Shown piece by piece: positions 13,456 through 30,479 of a DNA stretch of 64,000 nt. This DNA is from the human T2T-CHM13v2.0 reference genome, Homo sapiens. The stretch is from contig CP068257.2 of NCBI GenBank assembly GCA_009914755.4, positions 2,528,001 through 2,592,000 of the forward strand, in the 5' to 3' direction. Below the pieces are notes generated by a model. The model made no database searches. It was not told the DNA's origin and saw only the letters and a program-made list of their open reading frames with translations. The translations under genes and the position numbers were made by a program. Each line of letters begins with the position of its first letter. The stretch's first letter is position 1.

Positions 13456-13689
13456 ACTTAGAAACTTGAGAGGCAATGCTTAGCTAAGTGGCTCTCGGCC
13501 CATGCTTCCAGCCATAATCATATGGCCAGCTTAAAGAAATACCATCACCTGTGCCCTCCCCAGAGACTCTGTCTATTGGTCTTGGTGGGATCCTCTATGT
13601 GGTTGTAATTGGAAAGTCAAATTTTCCCTCTTTGATGATTACATAATAATCATATATACAAAAGATGTAAAGACCACCAAAAAAACTCT

Positions 13690-15972
<2,283 letters not shown>

Positions 15973-16354
15973 TTAGATTAGGCAAAAAAATTTTTAATAA
16001 AAATAAATAAAAAATATTCTATTTTAAGAATGGTATAGAAAGACAATTTGACGCATTAGAGTAGTTGGTACTTAGCACATACAATATGTTAGGCAAGGTT
16101 CTAAGCCCCTTAGACATTTATGGACAGAATATGTAACAGTACAATAAATAACACAAAGGTTCATCGGCAATGACAAATTGACATATTTTCAATCATATTA
16201 GATGATAGCTAAACCATTAACAAATTTACTGTTTTGTTTCATAATAAAAAACAAGGTTAAAAAGTTTGACTAATTAGGCATATGGATAAATGGGCAGCAT
16301 TTTGACCAGTAGACAGAGGATACACATTTTCAAAGACCAGACAAAATTATTTAT

Positions 16355-17460
16355 TTATTTTTGGGGAGAGAGAACAGTTTTATTAACTGAGGATACAGTG
16401 GAGTCTTCTCCCTGGGAGGTGAGATCTTCCACTGGTTACCCCCGCCAGGGCTTCAGTGGGCGCCATGCGATTCAGCGCTGGACTCCGCTGGGGGCCGGGC
16501 CTTGGAGAAGGCGAACTGTGCAGGGAAGCAGCAGCTCTGGGGTCCTTACCGCCCGCTCCGCCCAGCTGCACCGGGTCTCCTGGTGCTCCTCAGGCTCCTG
16601 CCGAGTCTGCGTCTCTGGAGGGCAGCGAACCATCCTGCCCAGAACCTTATCCTGACAGCCCAGTTTGATGCAGGTCAGCCATTTCTGCTTCCTCCCCTCG
16701 GGCTGGACTTGGCACTTGGGTTTCTTCCAATCCTTTCTCCGGCCACTTCTCTGTCTGCCGGAGCTTAAATTTCAGCCTCACACATGTTCCAGCTGGGAAG
16801 GGCGTGTCCAGGGCGCCATCCACACTGGTTTTCTGGAAATCCTGCTGCACTGGCTGGTGCTTGTAGATTCCTCCAGGACCACCTGCAGGCCCCGGCGCTG
16901 GGCCCCTGAGCTCGGACCCGCCCCCCCCACTCCCGCGCCCACCCACGGGGCCAGCGAGATCCACAGCCCTCTCAGTCTTCCCCTTTCACCCCCGCCCTGC
17001 GAAGTGGGTGTGCACCCCTTAGTTCTCCGAGCCCGCCGGGAGCCACCTCCTCCCCTGCCCCTGGGGGTTCCATGCCCGCAGAACGCTGGGCAGAGGCGAA
17101 TGAACCGGGAAATGTCCCTTTCTCCACACTGACCTTGGAGTCTGTTGGGTCCTCTCCACTCCCTCCCACCCTGCCCACGCTGTTCCCTGGGGCCCTCAGT
17201 TTCAGCAAAATTCCCTGCCGCGCCGGGAAGCTGTCCTGTTTCCCCCTCTCACCCTTCTTCCTTTTCTGGCCCACTCTCTCTCCCCACTGGGTCTCCGACA
17301 CGACCCTCTCTCCTCCTGGCTGTCCTGGAGCCCCTCTTTGCTTCCCCAGCTCTGTCCCCTCTCTGACCGCTTCTCCCTCCCACCCCCGACCGAATCTCCT
17401 GGCTCCCACGGGGGGACCCAAATCCCCAGGACCCAGGTCAACCACACATAATTATTTTGA
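16355..17460 (-). other. GC-rich CpG-island-like block; candidate 3'-terminal exon or transcript end on the minus strand
   Basis: About 14 CpG per 200 bp across 16440-16640. On the minus strand the sequence reads 'gttaataaaactgttctctctcccc' (AATAAA at 16378-16383) and then becomes AT-rich. Minus ORFs 16647..16964 and 16383..16571 are open but I do not recognise them. Confidence 0.35.
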
Positions 17461-17619
17461 ATGGGAAGACTTGAATTCATGAAAGAAGGAATCCATCTGG
17501 TTATACTTTAAATAATTTTGAAATGATAATAGCAACTATCAATTTAAAGTTTAACCAGAGTTCAGAATACCCACCATTTTACCACAAAGAAAAAAAAAAC
17601 CTGTTATAACTAACCAATT

Positions 17620-19545
17620 CAGTAAATTTTCAGGATACAATATTAACATATGAACATCAGGTGCATGTTTTTACAGTAACAATAAAATATCTGAAAAAGG
17701 AATAAAGATAATTCCATTTACGATATTATCAAATAGAATGGAACACTTAGGAACAAAGTGTTGGAATGGAACACTTAGAAAAAAGAATATGAAAAATCAG
17801 CATACTGAAAACTATAAAATGTTGAGGAAAGAAAATGAAGAATACAAAATGGGAAATATATCCTGTATGCATGGATTCTAAAAATATTGTTAAAATATCC
17901 ATAGTACACAAAGTGATCTACAGGGTTAAATAAATTTCTATCAAAATTTTAATGCCATTTTATTAAAAATGCAGAACAACTATTTTAAAATTAGTATGGA
18001 ATCACAAAAGACCTCAAATAGCCAAATACTGAGAAGAACAAAAAGGCTGGAAGCCTCCCACTTCCTGATTTCAAACTGTATTACAAAACTATAGCCATCA
18101 AAATAGTATAGTACCTACATAAAAACCAATATAACAGAATAGGGGACCCAGAAATAAACTCACAAATATACAGTCAACCTATCCCACAGAATAGAGAAAG
18201 GATAAACACATCAAGGAGTGGTGTAGGAAAAACTAGATATGCAGAGACAAAAAGTACACCTTTCTCTCATACCATCACAAAATGAATTTGAAATGAAATA
18301 AAGACTTAAACATAAGAACTGAAATCATGAATCCTCTAAAAAAATGGGGAAAAACCTCCTTGACACTGGTCATGGCAATGATGCTTTGGATTTGGCAGCA
18401 GGAGCGCAGTCAACAAATGCAAAAATGAACAAGTGGAACTATGTCAAAGTAAAAAGTTTCTGCCCAATAAAGGAAACAATCAGCAAAATATAAAGGCATT
18501 ATATGAAATGGGAGAAAACATTTCTAAACCATAGGTGGGATAATATGTTGCTATCCAAAACGTATATCATACTATTCAATACAAAAGAAGAACCCACAGC
18601 AGAATTAAAAGCAATTTCTTGATTAATAATTGGGTAAAATATATAAATAGCAATTTTTCCAAAGATATACAAATGGCCAATAGATATATAAAAAATGTTC
18701 AACATCACTAATTATCAGAGTAATTAAAATCAAAATCACAATGAGGTATCACCTTATCGTGGTGTTTGGATACCTATTATCAAAAAGTCAAAGGATAAAA
18801 TCATTAGGGTGCAGAGAAAAGAGAACACTTGCACACTGTTGCTGAGGATGTCAAATGGTGCAGCTATTATGAAAAACAGCATGGAGGTTCCTTATAATTT
18901 TTAAACTAGAACTACCATTAATCCCAATTCGGAGTATATAGCCAAAGGAAATAAAGTCAGTATCGTCAAGGGTATCTGCACTCCTCTGATACAGATAAAT
19001 AAATAAACTGAGAGGTATATAATTTCAGCTTTAATAAAAAATGAAACTTTCATTTACAAAAAATACTGATAAATTTTGAACATATTATGCTAAGAGAAAG
19101 CTTAAGCTGAATACAGAAGGACAATTACTGCATGATCTCGTTTGTATGTAAAATCTAGAAAAGCAAATAAAAATTAAAAAGTCATGGAAAGAGAGTAGAA
19201 CGGTGGTCCCCATGGGCTAGTAAGAGGGAAAGTGGGGAGATATCCATGGAAGGGGTTCACTTTCAGTTATAAGGTGAGTAACTGCTGGGGACCTAATGTA
19301 CACAATGGTGACTATAGTTAACAATACTGTGTACTTGAAATTTGTTGCAAAAGTAGATCTCAGGTTCTCTCAACACACACACAGAAATGTATTAACTATG
19401 TGAGGGGACACATATGGTAACTAGCTTAATTGAGATAATTTAAAGATGTATACACATCTCAAAACCCTCTTGTACACCCTAAAAATATACACTTTTCAAT
19501 TTGTCAAACATAGCTCAATGAATGGAGAAAAAAATAGGAGAAAAA
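17620..19545 (+). mobile_element. Old L1 (L1MA/L1PB-type), 3' half with a typical 3' end
   Basis: The ORF2-like translation includes 'SGYNINI..IPFTI'. The 3'UTR matches the L1PB/L1MA 3' end (…tgtacacaatggtgactatagttaacaatactgtgtacttgaaa… …tatacacttttcaatttgtcaaacatagctcaatgaatggagaaaaaaa). Confidence 0.65.
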
Positions 19546-19594
19546 ATATAAGAGTGACCAGCAGGTCATATCTAGCCACTTGGAAACTCGATTT

Positions 19595-19608
19595 AAAACA
19601 CTCTTGGC
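19595..19608. repeat. Left target-site duplication of the twin-primed L1 (aaaacactcttggc)
   Basis: The same 14-mer is found at 23022-23035, directly after the L1 poly-A. Confidence 0.7.
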
Positions 19609-21817
<2,209 letters not shown>

Positions 21818-23021
21818 CAATACAAAAATTAATTCAAGATGGTTTAAAGACTTAAACCTTTCACCTAAAACCATAAAAACCCTAGAAGAAAACCTAGGCA
21901 ATATCATCCAGGACATAGGCATGGGCAAAGACTTCATGTCTAAAACACCAAAAGCAATGGCAACAAAAGCCAAAATTGACAAAAGGGATCCAATTAAACT
22001 AAAGAGCTTCTGCACAGCAAAAGAAGCTACCATCAGGGTGAACAGGCAACCTACAAAATGGGAGAAAATTTTCACAACCTACTCATCTGACAAAGGGCTA
22101 ATATCCAGAATCTACAATGAACTCAAACAAATTTACAAGAAAAAAAACAACCCCATCAAAAGTGGGTGAAGGATATGAACAGACACTTCTCAAAAGAAGA
22201 CATTTATGCAGCCAAAAAGCCCATGAAAAAATGCTCATCATCACTGGCCATCAGAGAAATGCAAATCAAAACCACAATGAGATACCATCTCACACCAGTT
22301 ACAATGGTGATCATTAAAAAGTCAGGAAACAACAGGTGCTGGAGAGGATGTGGAGAAATAGGAACACTTTTACACTGTTGGTGGGACTGTGAATTAGTTC
22401 AAACATTGTGGAAGTCAGTGTGGCGATTCCTCAGGGATCTAGAACTAGAAATACCATTTGACCCAGCCATCCCATTACTGGGTATATACCTAAAGGATAA
22501 TAAATCATGCTGCTATAAAGACACATGCACACGTATGTTTATTGTGGCACTATTCACAATAGCAATGACTTGGAACCAACCCAAATATCCAACAACGATA
22601 GACTGGATTAAGAAAATGTGGCACATAAGCACCGGGGTACACTATGCAGCCATAAAAAAGGTTGGGTTCATTTCCTTTGTAGGGACACAGATGAAACTGG
22701 AAACCATCATTCTCAGCAAAGTATTGCAAGGACAAAAAACCAAACACTGCATTTTCTCACGCATAGGTGGGAAATAAACAATGAGAACACATGGACACAG
22801 GAAGGGGGACATCACACTCCGGGGACTGTTGTGGGGTGGGGAGAGGAGGGAGGAATAGCATTAGGAGATATACCTCATGCTAAATGGCGAGTTAATGGGT
22901 GCAGCACACCAACATGGCACATGTATATATATATGTAACAAACCTGCACATTGTTCACATGTACCCTAAAACTTAAGGTATAATAATAATAAAATTTAAA
23001 AAAAAAAGAATTCCGGAAAAA
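21818..23021 (+). mobile_element. L1PA, direct 3' segment of the same twin-primed insertion: ORF2 C-terminus, 3'UTR and poly-A
   Basis: Plus-strand ORFs 21813..22169 and 22166..22777 match the L1 ORF2 C-terminus (…[53 protein letters not shown]…). The 3'UTR ends with 'aataataataaaatttaaaaaaaaaagaattccggaaaaaaaa'. The abrupt strand switch at 21817/21818 skips about 90 nt of L1. Confidence 0.8.
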
Positions 23022-23035
23022 AAAACACTCTTGGC
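23022..23035. repeat. Right TSD of the twin-primed L1 (aaaacactcttggc). It overlaps the first nucleotides of the AGGF1 retrocopy.
   Basis: Identical to 19595-19608. Confidence 0.7.
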
Positions 23036-24920
23036 CACTGTTTCCAGCTCAACTCGAGAACAGCCAGAGCGCTTCTGGCCCCTGAACTTCGACGCTCCTC
23101 CCCCGGCCCCAATGGCTGGCGAAGGTACAATCCTTCCCGGGATTCCAGGCCGCGAAGATAGGGCAGGGCCATCGCAGTCCCCTTGCTCTTTGCCGCAGCC
23201 CCGTTAGGCTTCGCGTTTCGTGGTGTCCAGGCCGCGGAGGCTGCCTGTGGCTGCCCGTGCGTCCCCGTGGCCTGTGGCTCCTCAATTCTGCGCTTCGGCC
23301 CCGCGCAGCCCCTTCGAGGCTGCAGCCGTCTTGCGCCCGAACTCAGGGCCCCGGGCCCGTTCCCCCCGCCAGCGCCTTCGCTTTTGCCGCCCCTCCCTCT
23401 CCCCGAACCCCAGCGGGCCCCCAGAGAAGGAGGGCGGAGAAGCTGGAAAGCGACTGCGGAGCTGCCGGCGGCAGGTGCGGGAAGGGGAGAAGCTGGCCTT
23501 GCACAGAAAGGCTGCTCAGAGCGACACGGACAACGGCCAGGAGCTCCTCACGCAGCTGGAAGAACTCAGTAACGTGCTCCACTGTGGGGGGAATGGAGAT
23601 AATGAAAGTGTGATGTAGAAGTACTCACAGAGAACCATGATCCTTGGTCAATCTCAGATTATTATTGTCAGACCTACTCTAATGATGTTAGTCTTCCAAG
23701 TAAAGTGAGTGACTGAACTGTCAGATCAGCAAGATCAGGATATTGAAACTCCTGCTTTGAATTCTTAAGACCAATTACAAATGGAAAATGATGCTCACCC
23801 TTCTACTGATAAAACAGCAAATGTTGAATGTAGACAAGAGGGTCATTTGCCTCAAATTCACAGGAGCCAGCATCTGCATTAGCAGCACAAGATATATCCT
23901 TAGAAGGTCCGTCATTAGCTGGAAGTTTGAGAGCTACAGCAGAAGCGGCTTTATCACAGACTGGATTTAGTTATGATGAAAATGCTGGACTGTATTTTGA
24001 CCACAGCACTGGTTCCTATTAAGATTCTGAGAATCAAATCTCAGATTATTATCAGACTTACTCTAATGATGTTAGTCTTCCAAATAAAGTGAGTGACTGA
24101 ACTTTCAGATCAGCAAGTTCATGATATCGAAACTCCTTATCTTATCATATTCACCCTGACGTGATAGCTGTGTTGGATGTGAACCAGGGTAGGTTAGAGC
24201 TCACCTTTTCCTTGATAAGAAAGATGAATCATTTGTTGGTCCAACATTAACTAAGAAGGAAACGAGTTGGAAAGAAGAAAAGGATTTTTAAAATATATGA
24301 GTAAAATATGGTTTACAGAATACAGACTATGAAGATGATAAGATACTAGAGAATGTAAACTATAACGACAGAGCTGGAAAACATAGGGAGCAGATTGGAA
24401 GCGAAGGAAATTTCCAAAGAGATGATGCTCCTGCATCTGTTCATTCTGAAATTACTGATAGCGACAAAAGTCAGAAGATGTTGAAAAAGATGTGTTGAAA
24501 ACAGGAGAAGGCCTGGGGAATGATGGTGGGAGAATAAAAACTCTGATACAGCTTCAGCTTCGGCAGACACATGCAGGATTGGAGACAGGCAAACCATCCT
24601 CAATTAAAGAGGCTCACCTTCTCCAAAACAACAAGAACAGAAACTAGGACAAAGCACAGGAGAGGTTTGCTGAAAACTTTCCAGAAACTAAACTTCCAAA
24701 AGATGACCTAGGAACCATTCCTTGGGTAAAAGAGACTGAGGAGTGAAGGTTAATCACAGAAGAAAACTCAAGCTTTTTTAAAAATAGAGTTTGGAAACTC
24801 TTATTTTATTGCAGAACGTTTCTCCTCAAAAAATTCAGTGGCACAAGAAAACTATGTCACAATTTACCCCTTCCTGATTCAGAAATGTGTAATAAAGTGT
24901 GGTTGGCAGCTTTTAAAAAA
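23033..24920 (+). pseudogene. AGGF1: Processed pseudogene of AGGF1 (angiogenic factor with G-patch and FHA domains 1) with an internal deletion and a 100-bp internal duplication
   Basis: It is intronless. It starts with a CpG-rich 5'UTR-like stretch. Frame 23220-23618 reads …LRSCRRQVREGEKL…NGQELLTQLEELSNVLHCGGNGDNESV. Later come ISDYYCQTYSNDVSLPSKVSD, an OCRE-like 'GFSYDENAGLYFDHSTGSYYDSENQ', and C-terminal pieces (…GSEGNFQRDDAPASVHSEITDS…LQLRRTHAGLETGKPSS…AENFPETKLPKDDLGTIPWVKE). The C-terminal pieces are spread over three frames. I matched all of these to AGGF1/VG5Q from memory. AATAAA lies at 24891-24896. The copy is flanked by 'aaaacactctt' (23022-23032) and 'aaaaaaacactttt' (24915-24928). 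Confidence 0.6.
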
Positions 24921-27559
24921 ACACTTTTTAAACTAATTATTAGTGCCTGAATTAAGTTATACAGTAAGTGAACTAAAGTTCACAGGGCACAGATAAGTTT
25001 ATCAAACTTTACTATTTTATCTTGTCATTTACAACATCCATATAAGCAATTAGCCATATAAGCAAAATTCATATAACCACTTAAATGTACATTTGTCCTT
25101 GTCTCCATATATTCATACTAAGATGCACAGAAAATACAGCAAAAGAAACATTGAAAGTCAATAAAAATAAATCTGACAATATACATTTTTTATGCCCTTC
25201 AGGACCTAGATACAAAAAATGTTGAGAAAACATGGATAGTGGTGCATACATTTTCTAATATGTGAATAGCCTAAATCACATGAAAGAACTAATGAACGGT
25301 GACATGTCATAGAAAATTCATCTTTTATTGTTTTCTTTGATGAAGAATCTGAATTTGTTGATATGTACTATACATTCAGCATTTGTATTTGGTTTGTTTC
25401 ATAGCTAATGATATGTTTATACATGAACAAAGAGTACAGTGTTGAAATAGTCTGTGTGCTGACATTCATAGTTTTTAAAAATACCATTGCAGGCAATGAA
25501 GTTGTGCCAGAAAAATCTGATTTCTTGTACAAAAGGAATACTTAGCCAGGGCCTCAAGCTCAATATATTTATTAAAAATGTCCTACATTGCCATAAAAAC
25601 ATGATAACGTTAAATAATTTATTTCTATAAATTAAGAATTAAAAATAAAAATGATATCTTTTATGGATTAAGGAAGTGCTGATGAGACAGAATGGCGATT
25701 GAAGACAAAAATTCCAAATTCAGGTAAATAATTTTACTCATATTTGTTTTATTTTAGAGAAAACAATACTTTTGACCATATACTATTTATTGCAGTGGAG
25801 TATTTCAAAAATATATACACAATATATAATTAATTTTCTAATGGCATAAAAGTAATCACATTCTACAGATTATTACAATATGGTCTATTGATGAGAGGGG
25901 TGTTTCAAATGAAAAAACTTGGAATTTCTCATGAGATAGTGATAGATGCCATAGAAAATCTCTGTAAAGTATTTCACTCATATATGCAACTATGGATATT
26001 TCTGCTTTTCAGAAAAATAATTTACTTTAAATACTTAATGCAGACAATTAAAATCACCAAGAAGTTACAAGAATTCACAGAATGCCTAATATAGTTGAAA
26101 TGAAATTAATAAAATTTCCCAGGACTGGAAGTAAATAAAGGTAATGAGCTGGAGAAGAAATCAACCTAACAGGCCAGGGCTCCACTCAGATGCGTCTGAT
26201 CACAAGAATGTCAGGTCCATGTGGGTTGTTCCCTTCTGACAAGGCAAATGGAATAAACAAAGAGGAACTGCCTGCAGGCATTGGAATGTGGTGTCTCCCA
26301 TATGTGATGATTAAATTATAGATTATGTTGCACACAAAGAGATGAGCTACTGGGGTGAAGCATCAGAAGAAATATGGCACATAAATCTCAGATATTGAAT
26401 TTACATTTAAATGTTTAAGTCAATATAATGGAAAAACAAGAAACCAAAATAATGTAGAAAGAAACTACGAGCTTGTCAAGTTATCTTTGGAAAAGAGGCA
26501 AATGAAAAGTAAAGTATTGAAAGTGTTGTAAAACAATTTAATGTACAACATATAAGTTACATATTAAAATAGGCTGAGCCGAAAAGAGGACTAGTAAAGT
26601 GAAATGCTGATCACAATTAATGTAGTCATATATGTTATACAAGGCAAATTAATAGAAAATATAAATATATTTATATATGAAGGTTAGATTGAGAGGAAAT
26701 AAAAGACATTCAATTGTTTTACTAGACTCTTTAAACAGGAAGGCAATAGTCAAAGAATCAGTGACTCGTAAGTTTCAGAAATTGGAAACCAGACATGAAT
26801 CCTTTAAAAGTTTAGGGTGTAATATATGAAAAAAAGGTAAATTAAGAAATACTAAGAAGAAATAATGGTTTTGGTTATTATGAATACTGCTTAAAAAACA
26901 TGAAAGTGCAGTTATCTTTTTGACTTGCTTGTTTTATTTCCTTTTGATATAAACCCAGTAATGAGATTGCTGCATCATATGGTAGTTTTATTTGTAATTA
27001 ATTGAAAAACCTCCATGCTGTTCTCCCTATAGAAATGGGAAATGATTATAGTAATTTACATTCCTACCAACAGTGTATAAGGGCCCATCTACAGAATGAA
27101 TAAAGAAAATGCTATACACACACGCACACTCACACGCACACACACACAGGAATAATGTTCAGTCATAAAACAGAATGAAGTTCCGTAATTTGTGTCAACA
27201 TGGATGACTGTAGAGGACATTATGTTAAGTGGAATAAGCCAGTCACAGAAAGACAAAGACCACGTGCTCTCACTCATGTGACATCTGAAGAAGTCCATCT
27301 CATACAAGTAGGGAGTAGGATTGTGGTTAACATAGGTTATCGATGGCAGAAGGATGAGAGAGTGGGGAGAGCTTTGTCACTGGGTACAAAATTACAGTTA
27401 GGAAGAATAAATCCTGGTGTTCTATTACACAGTACGATGACTATAGCTAATAATAATGTACCGTTTATTCTATAATAGCTTGAACAGAGGATTTTGAACT
27501 TTATTAGACAAGGAAATAAATATTTAAATTTTTAAATATGCTAATCACTCTGGTTGGAT

Positions 27560-27810
27560 CACTGTACAGTGTAAAAGGTACAATGTGATGCAGTGAAACG
27601 TGATATAATTAACACTTGATAATTATACATGTTTACGGAGTATAGTGTGGTGTTTCACTGCATCACGCTGTACCGTGTAATATGATGCAGTGAAACATAA
27701 TGTAATTAACACATGAAAATTATACACGTTTATGGAGTACAATGTGATGTTTCACTGCATCTCACTGTACCGTGTAGTATGATGCATTGAAACATCACAC
27801 TGTACCCCAT
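27560..27810. repeat. About 100-bp tandem repeat (2.3 copies); each unit holds a 13-bp perfect inverted repeat
   Basis: 'gatgcagtgaaac' and, about 52 nt later, 'gtttcactgcatc' at 27588-27664. The same pair sits in the next unit (27675-27758). Unit anchors 'ctgtac' fall at 27562, 27668 and 27765. Confidence 0.6.
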
Positions 27811-28021
27811 AAATATTAATGGTTCAGCGAGGAACTCTGGGACACAGAGCAGCTCCGGGTTAGCCATGACCAGGAGCTTCACTTGTGTGAGGTAGCGAGA
27901 GGGGAATGCCCCTGTACTCAGCTGAGAGTTGGCCCCGACCCCATCCACTTTGACTGCTGGGTGCCAGCAGAAGTCAGGGACCACTAACTTCAGGCAGAGG
28001 CAGGAAGCAAGGTCATTGCAT

Positions 28022-28104
28022 CTTTTTTCTTTTTTTCTTTTGAGAGAGTCTCACTCTATCACCCAGGCTGGAGTGCAGTGGCGCGATCTCGGCTCACTGC
28101 AACG
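28022..28104 (-). mobile_element. Alu fragment (antisense, right-arm end only)
   Basis: 'ttttgagagagtctcactctatcacccaggctggagtgcagtggcgcgatctcggctcactgcaac'. Confidence 0.7.
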
Positions 28105-28129
28105 TACTTAGAGGTGTACTTCAGAATCA

Positions 28130-28480
28130 CACCTGCAGGAATCACACATAGAGGTTTACGTCAGAATCACATCTGCAGGAAGGTCCCTCGGTGAGATTAA
28201 CAAGCCCACATAAGTGCCAGTTCTGGGTATGAGAGTCAAGGCCTCCTGTATGTTGCATCTATGTACATAAATCACAATCTCAACGGTGGAATGGATTTTT
28301 CCATGACAGCCTTAATGTCTTTTGAAAACTGAGTTATCTTACTGTAGTCACAGCCTCACAAGTGTTTTGGATCTTGGTCAGGGAGTCACATACTCACTTG
28401 TGGACAACATCCACTTATGAGAGCCAATTTTCCAACTTTTGACTGCCTCTGGGTGTGAGATTCAAAACCTGAATCATGGG
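28130..28480 (+). repeat. Unit A, a low-copy direct repeat (its partner A' is at 29880-30250, about 75% identical)
   Basis: Shared strings, e.g. 'cagaatcacatctgcaggaaggtccc…gagattaacaagcccaca…cctcctgtatgttg…' against 'aatctgcagaatcgtccaggagtaagattaacaatcccaca…cctcctgtatgttgggtc…', and '…gtgtgagattcaaaacctgaatcatgggctgtgttcatgtgggagaatgacaat' against '…gtgtgagattcagaacctcaacagtgacctgtgttcatgtgagaggatgacaat'. Confidence 0.5.
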
Positions 28481-29880
28481 CTGTGTTCATGTGGGAGAAT
28501 GACAATTTTGACTGATGGCTGGGCTCAGGCAGGAGACTTTCATCCTGCAGGTGTTGAGATAAATGATATGTCACAATACACAAAATATGCTGGGTGCAGG
28601 CAAAAGAGGAGATTCATATTAGCTGGTTACTAGGTCCAGTTATATGTCACGTTTTTGGCAGGGCTAAGGCAGAAGAGGAGAGTCAGAGCTGAAGAAATGT
28701 CACAATGTCCCTGTGGGCAGGGCCTACGCATAAGAATTACATCATGTAGTCATCGAACCCAGCCATATATTACAATACACAATGTATACAGGACCAAGGC
28801 AAGAAAGGACAGTATATCACATAGGTACTGGGTCCAGCAATATGTCACAATACCACCTGAGGGGAGGCTCCAGGCAACAGGGTAACATTACCTAAGTGAA
28901 GTGCCCAGAGAGATGTTTCAATGCCCCTGGTGGGTAGGATTTTGAAAAAGGACAAGTTACAGAACCTAGGGGCTAGGCATAGCTATGAGCCACATTCGTC
29001 TCCAAGACGGAGCTCAGACATGAGAGAAAAGTTACATCTTGTAAGTACTGGGCAAAGTAATATGTCACAATCCTTATGTGAGCAGGCCCTAGGAAGAAGT
29101 AGAGAGTCACATAGTCTAGTTGATGGGCCCAGAGGTATTTGACAATGACTCCTGTAGGTAGGAACCAGGCAAAAGAATCACTTCACCTGTGTGCTGTGCC
29201 CAGTTACAAGTCACTCTTCCCTCTGTGGACATGACCCAGGCAGGGAGAAGAGTCACATCATCCGGGTGCTTGGCCCAAAGATATGTCACAATCTTTCATA
29301 TGGGCAATGCTCAGGTAAGACAGGAGAGTCACATCAAATAGGTGAAGGACCCACAGGTATGTCACAAGGCCTTCTGTGAACTTGATCCAGGCAGAAGATT
29401 CACAGCAACTTGGTGCTAAGCCCAGCAACATGTCACAATCCCTTCTGTGTAAACGGACCAGGCAGGAGAAGAGAATCACATTACCTGGCTGATAAGTGCA
29501 GAGATATGTCACAATGCCCCTTGCAGGCAGGGCCCAGGCAGAGGAGTTACAACACCTGGGTAGTGGACCCAGCAATATACTGCAGTGTCCCATATGGGCA
29601 GTGCACAAGCAGGAGATTCACATAACCTGGGTCCAAGGCCAAGCTATATATAACGCTTCCTGTGGGCAGCGCCAAGGCAGAAGAGGAGACTCACATCACC
29701 TGGGTGCAAGGTCTAGCGATATGCCAAAATGCTTACTGTGGGCAGTGCCAAGGAAGGAGAATAGAGTTACACCCTCAATGTGCTGGATTCAGCAATATGT
29801 TAATATCCATATCTGTGGGCTGGGTCCATGCAAGAGCGTCAAGTCACTCAGGTGCTAGGCACTGGGAAATTTCACCATGA
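28480..29880 (+). repeat. Unclassified tandem repeat of about 75-bp units (about 18 diverged copies)
   Basis: Recurring unit '…tgtgggcagggcc.aggcagaagaggagagtcacatcacctgggtgctgggcccagcaatatgtcacaatgcccc…'. The anchor 'atgtcacaat' recurs at about 28568, 28697, 28853, 29056, 29283, 29432, 29503 …. Units are 70-85% similar. Confidence 0.7.
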
Positions 29881-30250
29881 AATCTGCAGAATCGTCCAGG
29901 AGTAAGATTAACAATCCCACAACTCTCTCACTTGTAGGCATGACATTCAACACCTCCTGTATGTTGGGTCTAAGCCCACGAGTAACCATCTCAACACCAG
30001 ACTGGATCTGTGCATGAAAGCCTCAATTCCTCTGCACACTGTGTCACCTTAGTGAAGTCACAGCCTCACAGTTGTGCTGAATCTTGGTCTGAGAGTCACC
30101 AACCCATGAGTATCCATATATAAGTCATTTCTTCCCACCTTTGACTGACTACAGGTGTGAGATTCAGAACCTCAACAGTGACCTGTGTTCATGTGAGAGG
30201 ATGACAATATTTACTGTTGACTGGATGTGCATATGAGTGCCACAATCTCA
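29880..30250 (+). repeat. Unit A', the diverged direct copy of unit A
   Basis: See unit A. Confidence 0.5.
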
Positions 30251-30479
30251 CTTGTGTGCTCGGCCCAGTTAGCACTCTCTGTGTACTACCCAATGGTGCT
30301 ATACAGTATGAATGAAAGTTGCAATCAACTTTGAGACCTTCCTGCTGGTAGGGACCCATGATCGTGTCTGTGGCATTAAACCCGGGTATGAGAGTCAACA
30401 TCATTACAATTAACTATGTCAGGATAGGAGACTCCTCCCTTGTCTATAAGCTGGGCTTAGAAATGAGCCACCATTTCAA

